A program made the translations under genes and the position numbers. Below, in pieces: positions 18,889 to 28,815 of a DNA stretch of 64,000 bases. Below the pieces are notes generated by a model that was given only the letters and a program-made list of their open reading frames with translations, was not told where the DNA came from and did not search any database. The stretch's first letter is position 1. Every line of letters starts with the position of its first letter. Origin of the DNA: Armatimonadota bacterium (GTDB taxonomy: Bacteria; Armatimonadota; SYMT01); the NCBI GenBank assembly GCA_046292385.1, contig JBKBRF010000019.1, forward strand, positions 1 through 64,000, read 5' to 3'.

Positions 18889-19470
18889 ATGCGCTTCATG
18901 GAAGTCGAGATTCCGGGCGTGCTGGTGGTCGACGTGGAGGCCCACGCGGACGACCGCGGCCTCTTCGCCCGCACCTGGTGCGAGCGGGAGTTCGCGGCGC
19001 GCGGGGTGGCGGCGCCGCTGGTGCAGTGCAGCGTCTCCTTCAACCAACGTGCCGGGACGCTCCGCGGGATGCACTACCAGGCGCCGCCGGAGCCGGAGGG
19101 GAAGCTGGTCCGCTGCACTCGGGGCCGCATCTACGACGTGGTGCTCGACCTGCGGCCCGACTCTCCGACCTACCTGCGGCACCTCGGCGTGGTGCTGAGC
19201 GCGCAGAACCGGCGCGCCGTCTGGATCCCGGAAGGCTGCGCCCACGGTTTCCTGACGCTGGAGCCGGAGTCGGAGGTCTTCTACCAGATGAACCGCCACT
19301 TCGCGCCGGAGCTCTCGCGAGTGGTGCGCTGGAACGATCCGGCGTTCGCCATCGAGTGGCCGGGCCCGGTGCGTGCCATCTCCCCGCGAGACGCCACCGC
19401 GCCCGACTTCAACGCCGACGAGAGCCTCCACGGGCTGCTGCGAGGGGAGCGTCTCTGTGCTCACGTGTGA
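18889..19470 (+). CDS. rfbC: dTDP-4-dehydrorhamnose 3,5-epimerase family protein
   Basis: DDRGLF, GTLRGMHYQ, GKLVRC and AHGFLTL motifs. Confidence 0.9.
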   Translation: MRFMEVEIPGVLVVDVEAHADDRGLFARTWCEREFAARGVAAPLVQCSVSFNQRAGTLRGMHYQAPPEPEGKLVRCTRGRIYDVVLDLRPDSPTYLRHLGVVLSAQNRRAVWIPEGCAHGFLTLEPESEVFYQMNRHFAPELSRVVRWNDPAFAIEWPGPVRAISPRDATAPDFNADESLHGLLRGERLCAHV

Positions 19471-20779
19471 AGCGAAGAAAGGCGAGGAAGTCTCGCCCCA
19501 GGCGATCGGGGCGCAGCTCTACGCCCTGGCGGCGCGTCTCTACCCGATCTGCCGGAGTATTACCGGAGAAGGGACGCGTGAGACGCTGCGGGTCCTGCAG
19601 GAGCACGTGCCGCTCACCATGCACGAGGTCCCAAGCGGCACCCCGGTCTTCGACTGGACCGTGCCGCCGGAGTGGAACGTCCGGGACGCCTGCGTCCTGA
19701 ACTCGCGCGGCCGGCGAGTCATCGATTTCCGCCGCTCGAACCTGCACCTGCTCGGGTACAGCGTGCCGGTGCACCGGACCGTCTCCCGGGAAGAGCTGCT
19801 CCAGCACCTTTACACGCTCCCGGAGCATCCCGACCGGATTCCCTACCGCACCTCCTATTACTCGGAGAACTGGGGCTTCTGCGTCCCGCACTCGCTCCTG
19901 ACGGAGCTGACCGAGCCGGAGTACCGGGTGCGGATCGACACGCGGCTGGCGCCCGGCCATCTCACCTACGGGGAGCTCCTGATCCCAGGTGCGACGGACG
20001 AGGAGGTGCTGCTCTCCTGCCATGTCTGCCACCCCTCTCTGGCGAACGACAACCTCTCCGGCATCGCGATCGCGGCGAAGCTGGCGGAGCACCTGCGGAG
20101 GCGGGAGCTCCGCTACTCGTACCGCTTCCTCTTCATCCCGGGGACGATCGGCTCGATCACCTGGCTGGCCCGGAACCGGGAGCGGGTCGACCGCATCCGC
20201 CACGGTCTCGTGCTCGCCTGCCTGGGAGACGGCGGCCGCTCCACGTACAAGAAGAGCCGGCGCGGCGACGCGGAGATCGACCGGGCCGTCGCCCACGTCC
20301 TGCGCCACCGCGGCGACCACGAGCTGCTGGAGTTCACGCCGTACGGCTACGATGAGCGCCAGTTCTGCTCCCCCGGGTTCGACCTGCCGGTCGGGCTGCT
20401 GATGCGGACACCGCACGGCCGCTTTCCGGAGTACCACACCTCCGCGGACAACCTGGAGCTGATCCGCCCCTGGGCGCTGGCCGACTCGTTCGCCAAGTGC
20501 CTCGACGTGATCGCGGTGCTGGAGGGGAACCGCCGCTACGTGAACCTGAACCCGTGCTGCGAGCCGCAGCTCGGGCGGCGCGGTCTCTACCGCAAGATCG
20601 GGGCTCCCGGCGCCGGGGCGATCGACGAGATGGCGCTGCTCTGGGTGCTGAGCCTCTCCGACCGCCGCCACTCGCTCCTCGAGATCGCGGAGCGCGCCGG
20701 GCTGCCGTTCAGCCAGATCCGCGGCGCCGCGGACGCGCTGCTCGACTGCGAGCTGCTCTCTGAAGCGAGGGAGGACTAG
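19457..20779 (+). CDS. DUF4910 aminopeptidase-like polysaccharide-cluster protein
   Basis: PICRSITGEG, PYRTSYY, CHPSLANDNLSG, GYDERQF and EYHTSAD motifs with C-terminal HTH; GTG start estimated. Confidence 0.85.
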   Translation: MLTCEAKKGEEVSPQAIGAQLYALAARLYPICRSITGEGTRETLRVLQEHVPLTMHEVPSGTPVFDWTVPPEWNVRDACVLNSRGRRVIDFRRSNLHLLGYSVPVHRTVSREELLQHLYTLPEHPDRIPYRTSYYSENWGFCVPHSLLTELTEPEYRVRIDTRLAPGHLTYGELLIPGATDEEVLLSCHVCHPSLANDNLSGIAIAAKLAEHLRRRELRYSYRFLFIPGTIGSITWLARNRERVDRIRHGLVLACLGDGGRSTYKKSRRGDAEIDRAVAHVLRHRGDHELLEFTPYGYDERQFCSPGFDLPVGLLMRTPHGRFPEYHTSADNLELIRPWALADSFAKCLDVIAVLEGNRRYVNLNPCCEPQLGRRGLYRKIGAPGAGAIDEMALLWVLSLSDRRHSLLEIAERAGLPFSQIRGAADALLDCELLSEARED

Positions 20780-21496
20780 ATGCCACGACCGCTCACGGCG
20801 GAGCGTCTCCGCCGCGTCTGGATCCGTCTCTGCATGCGCTATGCGGGGCTTACGCCGGGCGGCCGGATCGCCACCCGCCTGGCCACGTGGGTCGCGCCGC
20901 CGCACAAGGCGCGGACCTGCCTGGCCGACCTCTGCCCGCGGGGTTTCGTCGCCCCCTCGGCCGTGCTGGCGCACTCCGGGCTCCACCTGGGACGGCACGT
21001 CTTCGTGGGAGACCGCACCGTCATCTTCCGCGCGGACGGCGGAGGGCCGGTGCTGCTGGAAGACGAGGCGCACGTCCACTGCGAGAGCTTCATCGAGACG
21101 GGGGACGGCGGCAGCGTGCGCGTCGGGAGCGGCAGCTCCATCCTGCCCCGGTGCCAGCTCATGGCCTACAAAGGGAGTATCACCATCGGGAAGTATGTCC
21201 AGCTTGCCCAGGGCTGCGCGCTCTATCCGTTCGACCACGGGATGGATCCGGAGCAGCTCATCATCCGCCAGCCGCTGGCGAGCCGCGGCGACATCGTGAT
21301 CGAGGACGACTGCTGGCTCGGGACCGGAGTGGTGGTGCTCTCCGGGGTCCGGATCGGCGCGGGCGCGGTGATCGGCGCGGGGGCCGTGGTGACCCGCGAC
21401 ATCCCGGCCGGCGCCATCGCGGTCGGCACGCCGGCCCGGGTGATCGGCTACCGAGACCGCCTGAAGGGGATGCGGCGCCCAGAGGTGGTGCATTGA
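20780..21496 (+). CDS. Hexapeptide-repeat (LbH) sugar O-acyltransferase
   Basis: IEDDCWLG..GVRIGAGAVIGAGAVVTRDIP...VGTPAR motif. Confidence 0.9.
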   Translation: MPRPLTAERLRRVWIRLCMRYAGLTPGGRIATRLATWVAPPHKARTCLADLCPRGFVAPSAVLAHSGLHLGRHVFVGDRTVIFRADGGGPVLLEDEAHVHCESFIETGDGGSVRVGSGSSILPRCQLMAYKGSITIGKYVQLAQGCALYPFDHGMDPEQLIIRQPLASRGDIVIEDDCWLGTGVVVLSGVRIGAGAVIGAGAVVTRDIPAGAIAVGTPARVIGYRDRLKGMRRPEVVH

Positions 21497-22449
21497 GCCC
21501 GTCGGAGTGGGGGCCGCGCGAAAGGCCGCTCGTCAGCATCGGGGTGCCGGTCTACAACGGCGCCCGCTACCTCCCGGGCACGCTCGACCGGCTCCTGGCG
21601 CAGGACTATCCGCACCTGGAGGTGGTAGTCTCCGACAACGCCTCCACCGACGAGACGCCGGCGATCTGCGAGCGCTACGCGCGGAAGGACCGTCGCGTCC
21701 GCTACTCGCGGGCGGCACGGAACGTGGGGCTGGTGGGGAACTTCAACCGCGCCTTCGAGCTGAGCCGCGGCGAGCTCTTCATGTGGAACTCGGTCACCGA
21801 CACGCGCCACCCGAGCTGCGTCCGCAAGTGCGTGGAGCGGCTGCTCGCGCATCCGGACGCGGTGCTCTGCTACTCCGCCGCGCAGGCGCTGACCCAGGAC
21901 GGGGAGCCGCAGGGTGAGGTGCTCCGCGAGGTCCGGGGACAGTCGCCGGATCCGCTGGTCCGGCTGCGGGAGGCGATCGGCGACGTGGACCACTACGAGG
22001 CGATCTGGGGCGTCATCCGCGCCGACGCGCTGCGCCGCGCGGGGCCGATGGTGGCGAACGTGAGCCCCGACGCGCTGCTGATGGCGGGGCTGGCGCTCCT
22101 GGGCCGGTTCGAGTGGATCGACGAGCCGCTCCACTTCCTGCGTCTCCGGAAACCGGAGACGTGGCAGGAGTTCTCCCAGCGGACCCTCCGCGCGGTGCGG
22201 CCGGGGATCGGGCCGCTGCACCGCCGCTTCCCCGCGACGCGGCTGGTGCTGGACCACCTGTGGCTCTGCCTGCGCGTGCCCGGCCCGCTCCCGGAGCGGC
22301 TGCGGCGGCTCCGGGTGCTCGCACGCGCGTTCCCTTACGTCGCCACCAGTCACCTGCAGGAAGAGTGGCCGTCGCCCTGCGTCTCTCCGCTCCGCTCGGT
22401 CCGCCGGGCGGCGCGGCGGAGGGCGGCCGGTCGGGTCGATACCGCTTGA
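21493..22449 (+). CDS. Glycosyltransferase family 2
   Basis: VSIGVPVYN and SDNASTD motifs; TTG start overlapping the upstream stop. Confidence 0.85.
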   Translation: MSPSEWGPRERPLVSIGVPVYNGARYLPGTLDRLLAQDYPHLEVVVSDNASTDETPAICERYARKDRRVRYSRAARNVGLVGNFNRAFELSRGELFMWNSVTDTRHPSCVRKCVERLLAHPDAVLCYSAAQALTQDGEPQGEVLREVRGQSPDPLVRLREAIGDVDHYEAIWGVIRADALRRAGPMVANVSPDALLMAGLALLGRFEWIDEPLHFLRLRKPETWQEFSQRTLRAVRPGIGPLHRRFPATRLVLDHLWLCLRVPGPLPERLRRLRVLARAFPYVATSHLQEEWPSPCVSPLRSVRRAARRRAAGRVDTA

Positions 22450-22458
22450 GGAATCAGC

Positions 22459-23340
22459 ATGCCACGGGTCTCCGTCGTCATCCCCAGCTACAACTACGCC
22501 CGGTTCGTCTCCCGGGCGATCGACAGCGTCCTGGCCCAGACCTACCGGAGCCTCGAGTGTATCGTCGTGGACGACGGCTCTACGGACGAGACCCCGGAAG
22601 TGCTCGCGGGCTACGGCGACCGGATCCGGACGATCCGCCAGCGGAACCAGGGCCTCTCCGCAGCGCGGAACACCGGTCTCCGCGCCGCGACGGGTGAGCT
22701 GGTGGCATTCCTGGACGCGGACGACTGGTGGGAGCCGCAGAAGCTGAGCCGGCAGCTCATCGTGCTGGGCGCCGAGCCGAAGGTGATGGCGGTCGGCTGC
22801 GGCGAGTGGAACATCGACCGCCAGGGCCGCCGCACCGGCGCCACGATCAGTGCGCCGTTCACCGGCGACTGGAAGCGGGACCTGCGGGACGTAGCGGTGC
22901 GGAAGCGCTGGGTCGGGGGCTCCGGCTCCGGCGTGGTGCTGCGCCGCGAGGTCTTCGAGACGCTCGCCCCGTTCGACACGGAGCTGAAAGCGGCGGAGGA
23001 TTGGGACATGTGGCTGCGGCTGGTGGCGCGGTTCCGCGTGGTCAACCTGCCGGAGATCCTGAACAACCGCCTCTGGCACGGCACCGGCACCTTCCGCAAC
23101 GCGGCACGCATGGAAGAGAACCAGTGGCGCGTCTACCACCAGGCGGTCGAGCGCTGGCCGGAGGTGCTGCACGAGGGCATCCGCCGCCGCATGCGGGCGA
23201 TGATCCTGGCCGACTCCGGCACCGAGTACCTGATGTCCGGCGACCGGCGCATGGCGGGCGCGCGATATCGCTCCTCGGTGCAGCAATGGGTCTCTCCCGG
23301 TCGGCTCTACCTCGCGGCACGCCTCTCGCTGCTCGGCTGA
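22459..23340 (+). CDS. Glycosyltransferase family 2
   Basis: VSVVIPSYN, VDDGSTD, NQGLSAARN, FLDADD and AEDWD motifs. Confidence 0.92.
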   Translation: MPRVSVVIPSYNYARFVSRAIDSVLAQTYRSLECIVVDDGSTDETPEVLAGYGDRIRTIRQRNQGLSAARNTGLRAATGELVAFLDADDWWEPQKLSRQLIVLGAEPKVMAVGCGEWNIDRQGRRTGATISAPFTGDWKRDLRDVAVRKRWVGGSGSGVVLRREVFETLAPFDTELKAAEDWDMWLRLVARFRVVNLPEILNNRLWHGTGTFRNAARMEENQWRVYHQAVERWPEVLHEGIRRRMRAMILADSGTEYLMSGDRRMAGARYRSSVQQWVSPGRLYLAARLSLLG

Positions 23341-23446
23341 ACGAATCCTTGCACGCCCTCCCGGCCGGCGGCATCTGCCTTTCCGTCAAGCGGCGCGTGG
23401 GTGCCGCTCGACGGACCAATCACCAGCAGCCCGTGGGAGGAAGCGG

Positions 23447-24739
23447 ATGGGTCGACCGCGTCGCCGTGGCTCGCGCCGGCACCCGCGGGTGACATCCGCC
23501 GAGGGGGGATCGCGTCCGCCAGCCCGCAGCCGGCGGCTCACTCGCTCTCTGGGTGGCTGGGTGGCCGCGGCCTGGCAGCGCTACGCCCTCCCGCCGCTGC
23601 GCGACCTGGCCCACCCTCCCGCCCAGCAACTGCCCGGGCTCGATTTCCTCCGCGCGTGGGCCATCCTGCTCGTGGTGTTCGGCCACCTGACCGTTGAGTA
23701 CGTCGCGAGCGGAGGGACGCCCAGCTTCTTCTCCGCGCTCCCCTGGGTTCGCGGCGGCTGGATCGGGGTCGACCTCTTTTTCGTCCTGAGCGGCCTGCTC
23801 ATCGGCAGGCAGCTCTGGCAGGAGGCGGCGAAGACAGGCCGCGTCGACTTCCGCCGCTTCTGCCTGCGCCGGGGCTACCGGATCTGGCCGCTCTACTTCT
23901 TCTTCTGGATCGTGGTGGCGCTCGGGCTCGGAGGAGCGGGGGTCCCCCTGGAGCGAGGGTGGTCCGACCTCGTCTTTCTCACCAACTACTTCAACCACGG
24001 AATCGTGATGGGGAGCTGGTCGCTCTGCGTAGAGGAGCAGTTCTACCTCATCGCGCCGGTGGCCGTGGGCCTTCTGGCGGTTCGAGTGCCGGACCCGGCG
24101 ACACAGCGGCGGATCCTGATAGGAGCGCTGCTCCTGCTGCCGCTGACCCGGGCCGGAATCTGGTGGTGGGTGACCGGCGGCCTGGAGAGCGGGCGGCCGG
24201 AGGCGTTCCGCCAGTTCCTCTACCAGCCGATCCACACCCACGCGGATGGGCTGGTGATGGGCCTGCTCCTCGCGCACCTCTGGCACTCCGGGGAGATGAA
24301 GAAGCAGCGCTTCCTCACCTCCGGGTGGTGCCTCGGCCTGAGTGCCGCCGTCTTCCTGGCGTTCCGGAAGGCGCACAATGAAATCCTCGACTTCTCCGGC
24401 TTGAGCTTGGTCTGGGGTGCGGCGACCTGTTTCCTGCTCGGCCATCCGGGCTTCCTGCCGCGTCTGATCGTCTGCCGCGTCTTCCACCTGCTCTCCCGGC
24501 TCTCGTTCGGGATGTACCTGAACCACGAGTACCTCCAGAAGCCGGTCGCGGAGCTCGCGCTGCGCTTCATCCCGTTCGCCGGGGAGCTGGCTCCCTGGCA
24601 CAACATCCTGACCGGCTGGCTGCTCGTGCTCGTCTCCGCGGCAGTGGCGACCGTCACCTACTGCGCGGTCGAGCACCCGTTCCTGGAGCTCCGCCGCCGG
24701 AAGCTGGAGGCGGGGTCGTCTCGCACCGAGCCGCGGTAG
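23447..24739 (+). CDS. Acyltransferase family 3 (AT3/OafA-like) membrane protein
   Basis: LDFLRAWAILLV, GVDLFFVLSG, RRGYRIWP, WSLCVEEQFY and SFGMYLNH motifs; true start may be about 100 bp downstream. Confidence 0.9.
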   Translation: MGRPRRRGSRRHPRVTSAEGGSRPPARSRRLTRSLGGWVAAAWQRYALPPLRDLAHPPAQQLPGLDFLRAWAILLVVFGHLTVEYVASGGTPSFFSALPWVRGGWIGVDLFFVLSGLLIGRQLWQEAAKTGRVDFRRFCLRRGYRIWPLYFFFWIVVALGLGGAGVPLERGWSDLVFLTNYFNHGIVMGSWSLCVEEQFYLIAPVAVGLLAVRVPDPATQRRILIGALLLLPLTRAGIWWWVTGGLESGRPEAFRQFLYQPIHTHADGLVMGLLLAHLWHSGEMKKQRFLTSGWCLGLSAAVFLAFRKAHNEILDFSGLSLVWGAATCFLLGHPGFLPRLIVCRVFHLLSRLSFGMYLNHEYLQKPVAELALRFIPFAGELAPWHNILTGWLLVLVSAAVATVTYCAVEHPFLELRRRKLEAGSSRTEPR

Positions 24740-25103
24740 CCCGCTTCCGGGCGCGCGGATTCGGGGGCGCCGCGTGTACGGGTGCCTGCGAGAGCTCGGC
24801 CCGCCTCGCGGCGGGGCTGCGGCGGTCCCAGCCTGCTCGCACGCGCGGCACGCGCCGCGGCCGTCTCCTAGAGAAGTTCTGAGGGGCTGCACCCGCGATG
24901 CAGGGTTGGCACTTCAGAAGTCGAGCCCGGGTCTTATCCGACCCCTATCCGGCTCATAACTCTGCGCCCGGCGGGATGAAGGTCACCCGCCGGCGGAGAG
25001 GGATGCCGGCGGGTTTCTGTTGGCCGCGCGAGCAGCCGTCTTCCGTTTGCCCATGGCGGACAGTTGCAAGCGCCTGTCTGTAAGACGTGAAAGGAAAGAT
25101 CGA

Positions 25104-28100
25104 ATGTCTCGGCTTTCTACTGCCTGCCGGGAGCACCCACCGGGGGACGTGCGAGGCACGCCCCGGCTCTCCTCGCGGGGCGGACGCCGGTCGTCCCTCC
25201 GCCGGGCGCTGGTGGGCTGCTCTCTGGCGGCGCTGGCGCTGATCACCGCCATCACCGGAACCCGCGAGCCCGCGGCAGCCGATGGCGGTGGCCCGCGCTT
25301 CATCAAGGGAGTCAACTTCAACGGAAACCCGGTCACGGTCGAAGGCAACCAGTGGCTTTCGTACTCCCAGGCCCGCGCGGACGGTCTCACCGTCTCGAAC
25401 GCGATCACCTGGACCTGGACCGTGCCGTTCAACCCGGCTCCCAGCGCCGACGTGGCCCACGTGCTCGGGACCGGCATCGGCCGGCTCGCGCCCCCCAACG
25501 GGCAGGGCTTCGGCGTGGCGCAGACGATCCCCAACGGCGACTACCAGGTCTACCTCTGGATGGTCGAGAACAACGCCGACCACTACCGGGACGCGGAGGT
25601 CCGCCTGGAAGGCGTCACCGCCGCCACCAACAAGGGCGACCTGCCGTTCGGAAACTGGGAGCGCATCGGGCCGTACCCCGTGACGGTGGGTGACGGCGTG
25701 CTGAACGTCGACATCCTCCGCGCCACCAAGGGCGACCCGCTGCTCTGCGGCATGGAGATCTACGGGACCGGGCCGGAAGTCGCCATCACCAACCCGAGCA
25801 GCGGAGCCACCCTCTCGGAAGGCTCCACGGTGGAGGTCGAGGCGACCGCGGACGATCCGGCGGGAGTGGACCGCGTGGAATTCTTCGCCGGCTCCACGCT
25901 GCTCGGCTCGGACGACACCGCGCCCTACAGCGCCACCTGGTCCAACCTGCAGGCGGGCAGCTACACGCTGACGGCTCGTGCCTACAGCGAGACCGGCCTG
26001 AGCACCACCTCCGCCGCGGTGCAGGTGACGGTGGGACAGAGCTCCAGCACCTTCGTGCGGGGCATCAACCTGAACGGACCCGCCGTGGTGATCGAGGGCA
26101 ACCAGTGGCTCTCGCACGCCGAGGCGACCGCCTCCGGCTTCAGCACTGAGGATGCGATCACCTGGACCTGGCCGATCGAGCTCACCCCGGATCCGGATGC
26201 GGATACGGAAACGATGCTCGGCTCCGGCGTGGGACGGCTCTCGCCGCCGAACGGGGACGGGTTCAAGATGACCCAGGCTCTCCCCGCGGGCGAGTACGAG
26301 GTCTACCTCTGGCTCGTGGAGAACAACGCGGACTTCTACCGCGACGTCACCGTGGAGTTGGAAGGCACGCAGGTGGCGGTGGGCGCCGGCGAGCTGCCGT
26401 ACGGTTACTGGCAGAAGTACGGTCCGTACCCGGTCAGCGTCTCCGACGGCGCGCTCGACATCGACATCCTGCGCGAGAGCAAGGGCGATCCGCTGGTCTG
26501 CGGCCTGGCGATCTACGACGCCGAGGGCGGCAACCAGAAGCCCGCGGTGCAGATCACCGCGCCGGTGAACGGCAGCACGGCGACGGCCGGCTCCACGGTC
26601 GCCATCACGGCGAACGCCTCGGATCCGGACGGCACGATCGAGCGGGTCGACTTCTGCGCGAACGGGAACCTGCTCGGCTCGGACTTCGGCAGCCCCTACG
26701 CCTTCGACTGGGCGAACGTCCCGGTGGGCACGCATACGATCGTCGCCAAGGCGATCGACAATAACGGCGCCTCTACCAGCTCCACCGCGGTACAGATCAC
26801 CGTGAACGCGGGCGGCGGCAGCGGCACTCTCGGCTTCGTGCGCGGCGTCAACTTCAACGGGGACGCTGTCACGATCGAGGGGAACGAGTGGCTCTCGTAC
26901 AGCCAGGCCCAGGCGGCCGGGCTTACCGTCTCGAACGCCCAGGTCTGGAGCTACAGCGTCGCTCTCACCCCGACGCCGACGGCGGACGAGCAGAACGTGC
27001 TGACGCGCGGCCTCTGGCGGGCAGCCCCGCCCGTGGGCGAGGGCTTCAGCGTGGCGCAGCCGCTCACGACCGGCGACTACGAGATCTACCTTTACACGGT
27101 AGAGAACTTCCAGACCAGCTACCGCGACCTGGACGTGAAGCTGGAAGGCGCCGTCGCGGCGGAGAGCATCGGACAGCTCAACTTCGGCACGTGGCAGAAG
27201 TACGGCCCGTACCGCGTATCCGTAACCGACGGCACGCTGAACCTCGACGTCCTGCGGCGGAGCAAGGGCGACCCGCTCCTCTGCGGCATGTCGATCTTCA
27301 GCGCGGCGCCGCAGGTGCAGATCACCAGCCCGATCCCGATCGCGGTGCTGCCGGAAGGCACGCCGGTACAGGTGACGGCGGTCGCGCAGAGCAGCGTCGG
27401 CATCTCCGCGGTGGAGTTCTACAGCGGCGACACGCTGCTGGGGACCGACACCTCGGCGCCCTACACCCTGGCGTGGGGAACGCCGGCGGTGGGCAGCTAC
27501 TCGCTCACGGCCAAGGCGACCGACACGACGGGCCTGCCCGGGTTCTCGGCTCCGGTCCACGTGACGGTGGCGCCGTTCGTTACCGGCGTCAACCTGAACG
27601 GCGAGGCGGCGGTCGTGGACGGAAAGCCGCTCCTCTCGCACTCGGCGGCGATCGCCGGCGGCATGACCCTGCGGGACGCGATCACCTGGAACTGGCCGAT
27701 CGCGGTGACCCCCAGCGCCGACTCGGACACGCGGCGGATGCTCGGCTCCGGGATCGGACGCTACGCCAGCAGCAACGGCGACACGTTCGGCCTCTCGCAG
27801 CCGATCGCGAACGGCGACTACCACGTCTACGTGTGGGCGGTGGAGAACAACACCGATTACTACCGCAACGCCAACGTGCGCCTGGAAGGGAACACGGTGG
27901 CGGTGGGAATCGGCGACCTGCCGTATTCCGGCTGGCGGAAATACGGTCCGTACGACGTCACCGTCGCGGACGGCGTTCTCGACCTCGACATGTCCCGCAC
28001 CAGCCGCGGTGACCCGCTACTGTGCGGCTTCGCCATCTACGGCGGGCACGCCGCGGCGGCGCACCCGGTGCAGGTGATGCCTCTGGGAGACTCGCTCACC

Positions 28101-28703
28101 TACGGTGTCATCGACGCGTCCGACTACGGCGTCGGCGGCTACCGCCGGCCCCTGGCCGCGGCAATCGAGGCCGATGGGCTGAGCGTGGACTGGATCGGCT
28201 CGCTGAAAACCGGCACCAACGACTTCGATCGGGATCACGAGGGCCGCAACGGCTGGACCATCCAGCAGCTCTCGGACCAGGTCGAGGATTGGATGGTGAA
28301 CTGGCAGCCGGAAGTGATCCTCCTGACCGCGGGGGTGAACGACCTGGCCCAGGGCGCCACGCCGGAGGTGGCCGCCCAGCGGATGGACACGCTGCTGAAC
28401 AAGCTGTTCACGGCGCGCCCCAACGCCCACGTGCTGCTTGCCACGCTGACGCCGGTAAAGAGCCCGAACAGCTACGTCAGCAACCCGGCCGCGGTGCTCG
28501 ACCTGAACTCGCGCTTCCCGGCGCTGGCGCAGGCCCACGCCGGCCTGGGGCGGAACATCCGCCTGGTCGACGTGGCGAGCGGCGCCGGTCTCACCGGCGA
28601 CGACTATGGTCCGGATGGTCTCCATCTGAACCACAGCGGCTACCAGAAGGTGGCGAACGTCTGGCATCCGGAGGTGAAGGGCGAAGTGAAGGCCCTCCGC
28701 TAG
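25104..28703 (+). CDS. Large secreted protein: four malectin/CBM-like repeats, three Ig-like spacers, C-terminal SGNH hydrolase
   Basis: Signal-like hydrophobic segment; 4x repeat GVNxNG..VENN..GPYxVxVxDG..GDPLxCG; 3x VxITxP..V(D/E)F Ig-like units; GDSLT, GVND and DGLH SGNH blocks. Confidence 0.85.
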   Translation: MSRLSTACREHPPGDVRGTPRLSSRGGRRSSLRRALVGCSLAALALITAITGTREPAAADGGGPRFIKGVNFNGNPVTVEGNQWLSYSQARADGLTVSNAITWTWTVPFNPAPSADVAHVLGTGIGRLAPPNGQGFGVAQTIPNGDYQVYLWMVENNADHYRDAEVRLEGVTAATNKGDLPFGNWERIGPYPVTVGDGVLNVDILRATKGDPLLCGMEIYGTGPEVAITNPSSGATLSEGSTVEVEATADDPAGVDRVEFFAGSTLLGSDDTAPYSATWSNLQAGSYTLTARAYSETGLSTTSAAVQVTVGQSSSTFVRGINLNGPAVVIEGNQWLSHAEATASGFSTEDAITWTWPIELTPDPDADTETMLGSGVGRLSPPNGDGFKMTQALPAGEYEVYLWLVENNADFYRDVTVELEGTQVAVGAGELPYGYWQKYGPYPVSVSDGALDIDILRESKGDPLVCGLAIYDAEGGNQKPAVQITAPVNGSTATAGSTVAITANASDPDGTIERVDFCANGNLLGSDFGSPYAFDWANVPVGTHTIVAKAIDNNGASTSSTAVQITVNAGGGSGTLGFVRGVNFNGDAVTIEGNEWLSYSQAQAAGLTVSNAQVWSYSVALTPTPTADEQNVLTRGLWRAAPPVGEGFSVAQPLTTGDYEIYLYTVENFQTSYRDLDVKLEGAVAAESIGQLNFGTWQKYGPYRVSVTDGTLNLDVLRRSKGDPLLCGMSIFSAAPQVQITSPIPIAVLPEGTPVQVTAVAQSSVGISAVEFYSGDTLLGTDTSAPYTLAWGTPAVGSYSLTAKATDTTGLPGFSAPVHVTVAPFVTGVNLNGEAAVVDGKPLLSHSAAIAGGMTLRDAITWNWPIAVTPSADSDTRRMLGSGIGRYASSNGDTFGLSQPIANGDYHVYVWAVENNTDYYRNANVRLEGNTVAVGIGDLPYSGWRKYGPYDVTVADGVLDLDMSRTSRGDPLLCGFAIYGGHAAAAHPVQVMPLGDSLTYGVIDASDYGVGGYRRPLAAAIEADGLSVDWIGSLKTGTNDFDRDHEGRNGWTIQQLSDQVEDWMVNWQPEVILLTAGVNDLAQGATPEVAAQRMDTLLNKLFTARPNAHVLLATLTPVKSPNSYVSNPAAVLDLNSRFPALAQAHAGLGRNIRLVDVASGAGLTGDDYGPDGLHLNHSGYQKVANVWHPEVKGEVKALR

Positions 28704-28815
28704 AACGCCGGAACACTCCTCGGCGCCCGGGATTGCACCGGGCGCCGAGGGGACCACAATCGCATACGACGGCAGCGGGGGCGGTTCGTAAGAGCTCGCC
28801 CCCGCTGCGCTTTTC

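Noticed and set aside
25300..28040. DNA repeats inside the large secreted gene as mobile or DGR repeats
   Set aside because: They are in-frame domain duplications; there is no reverse transcriptase and no adenine-specific variation pattern was noticed
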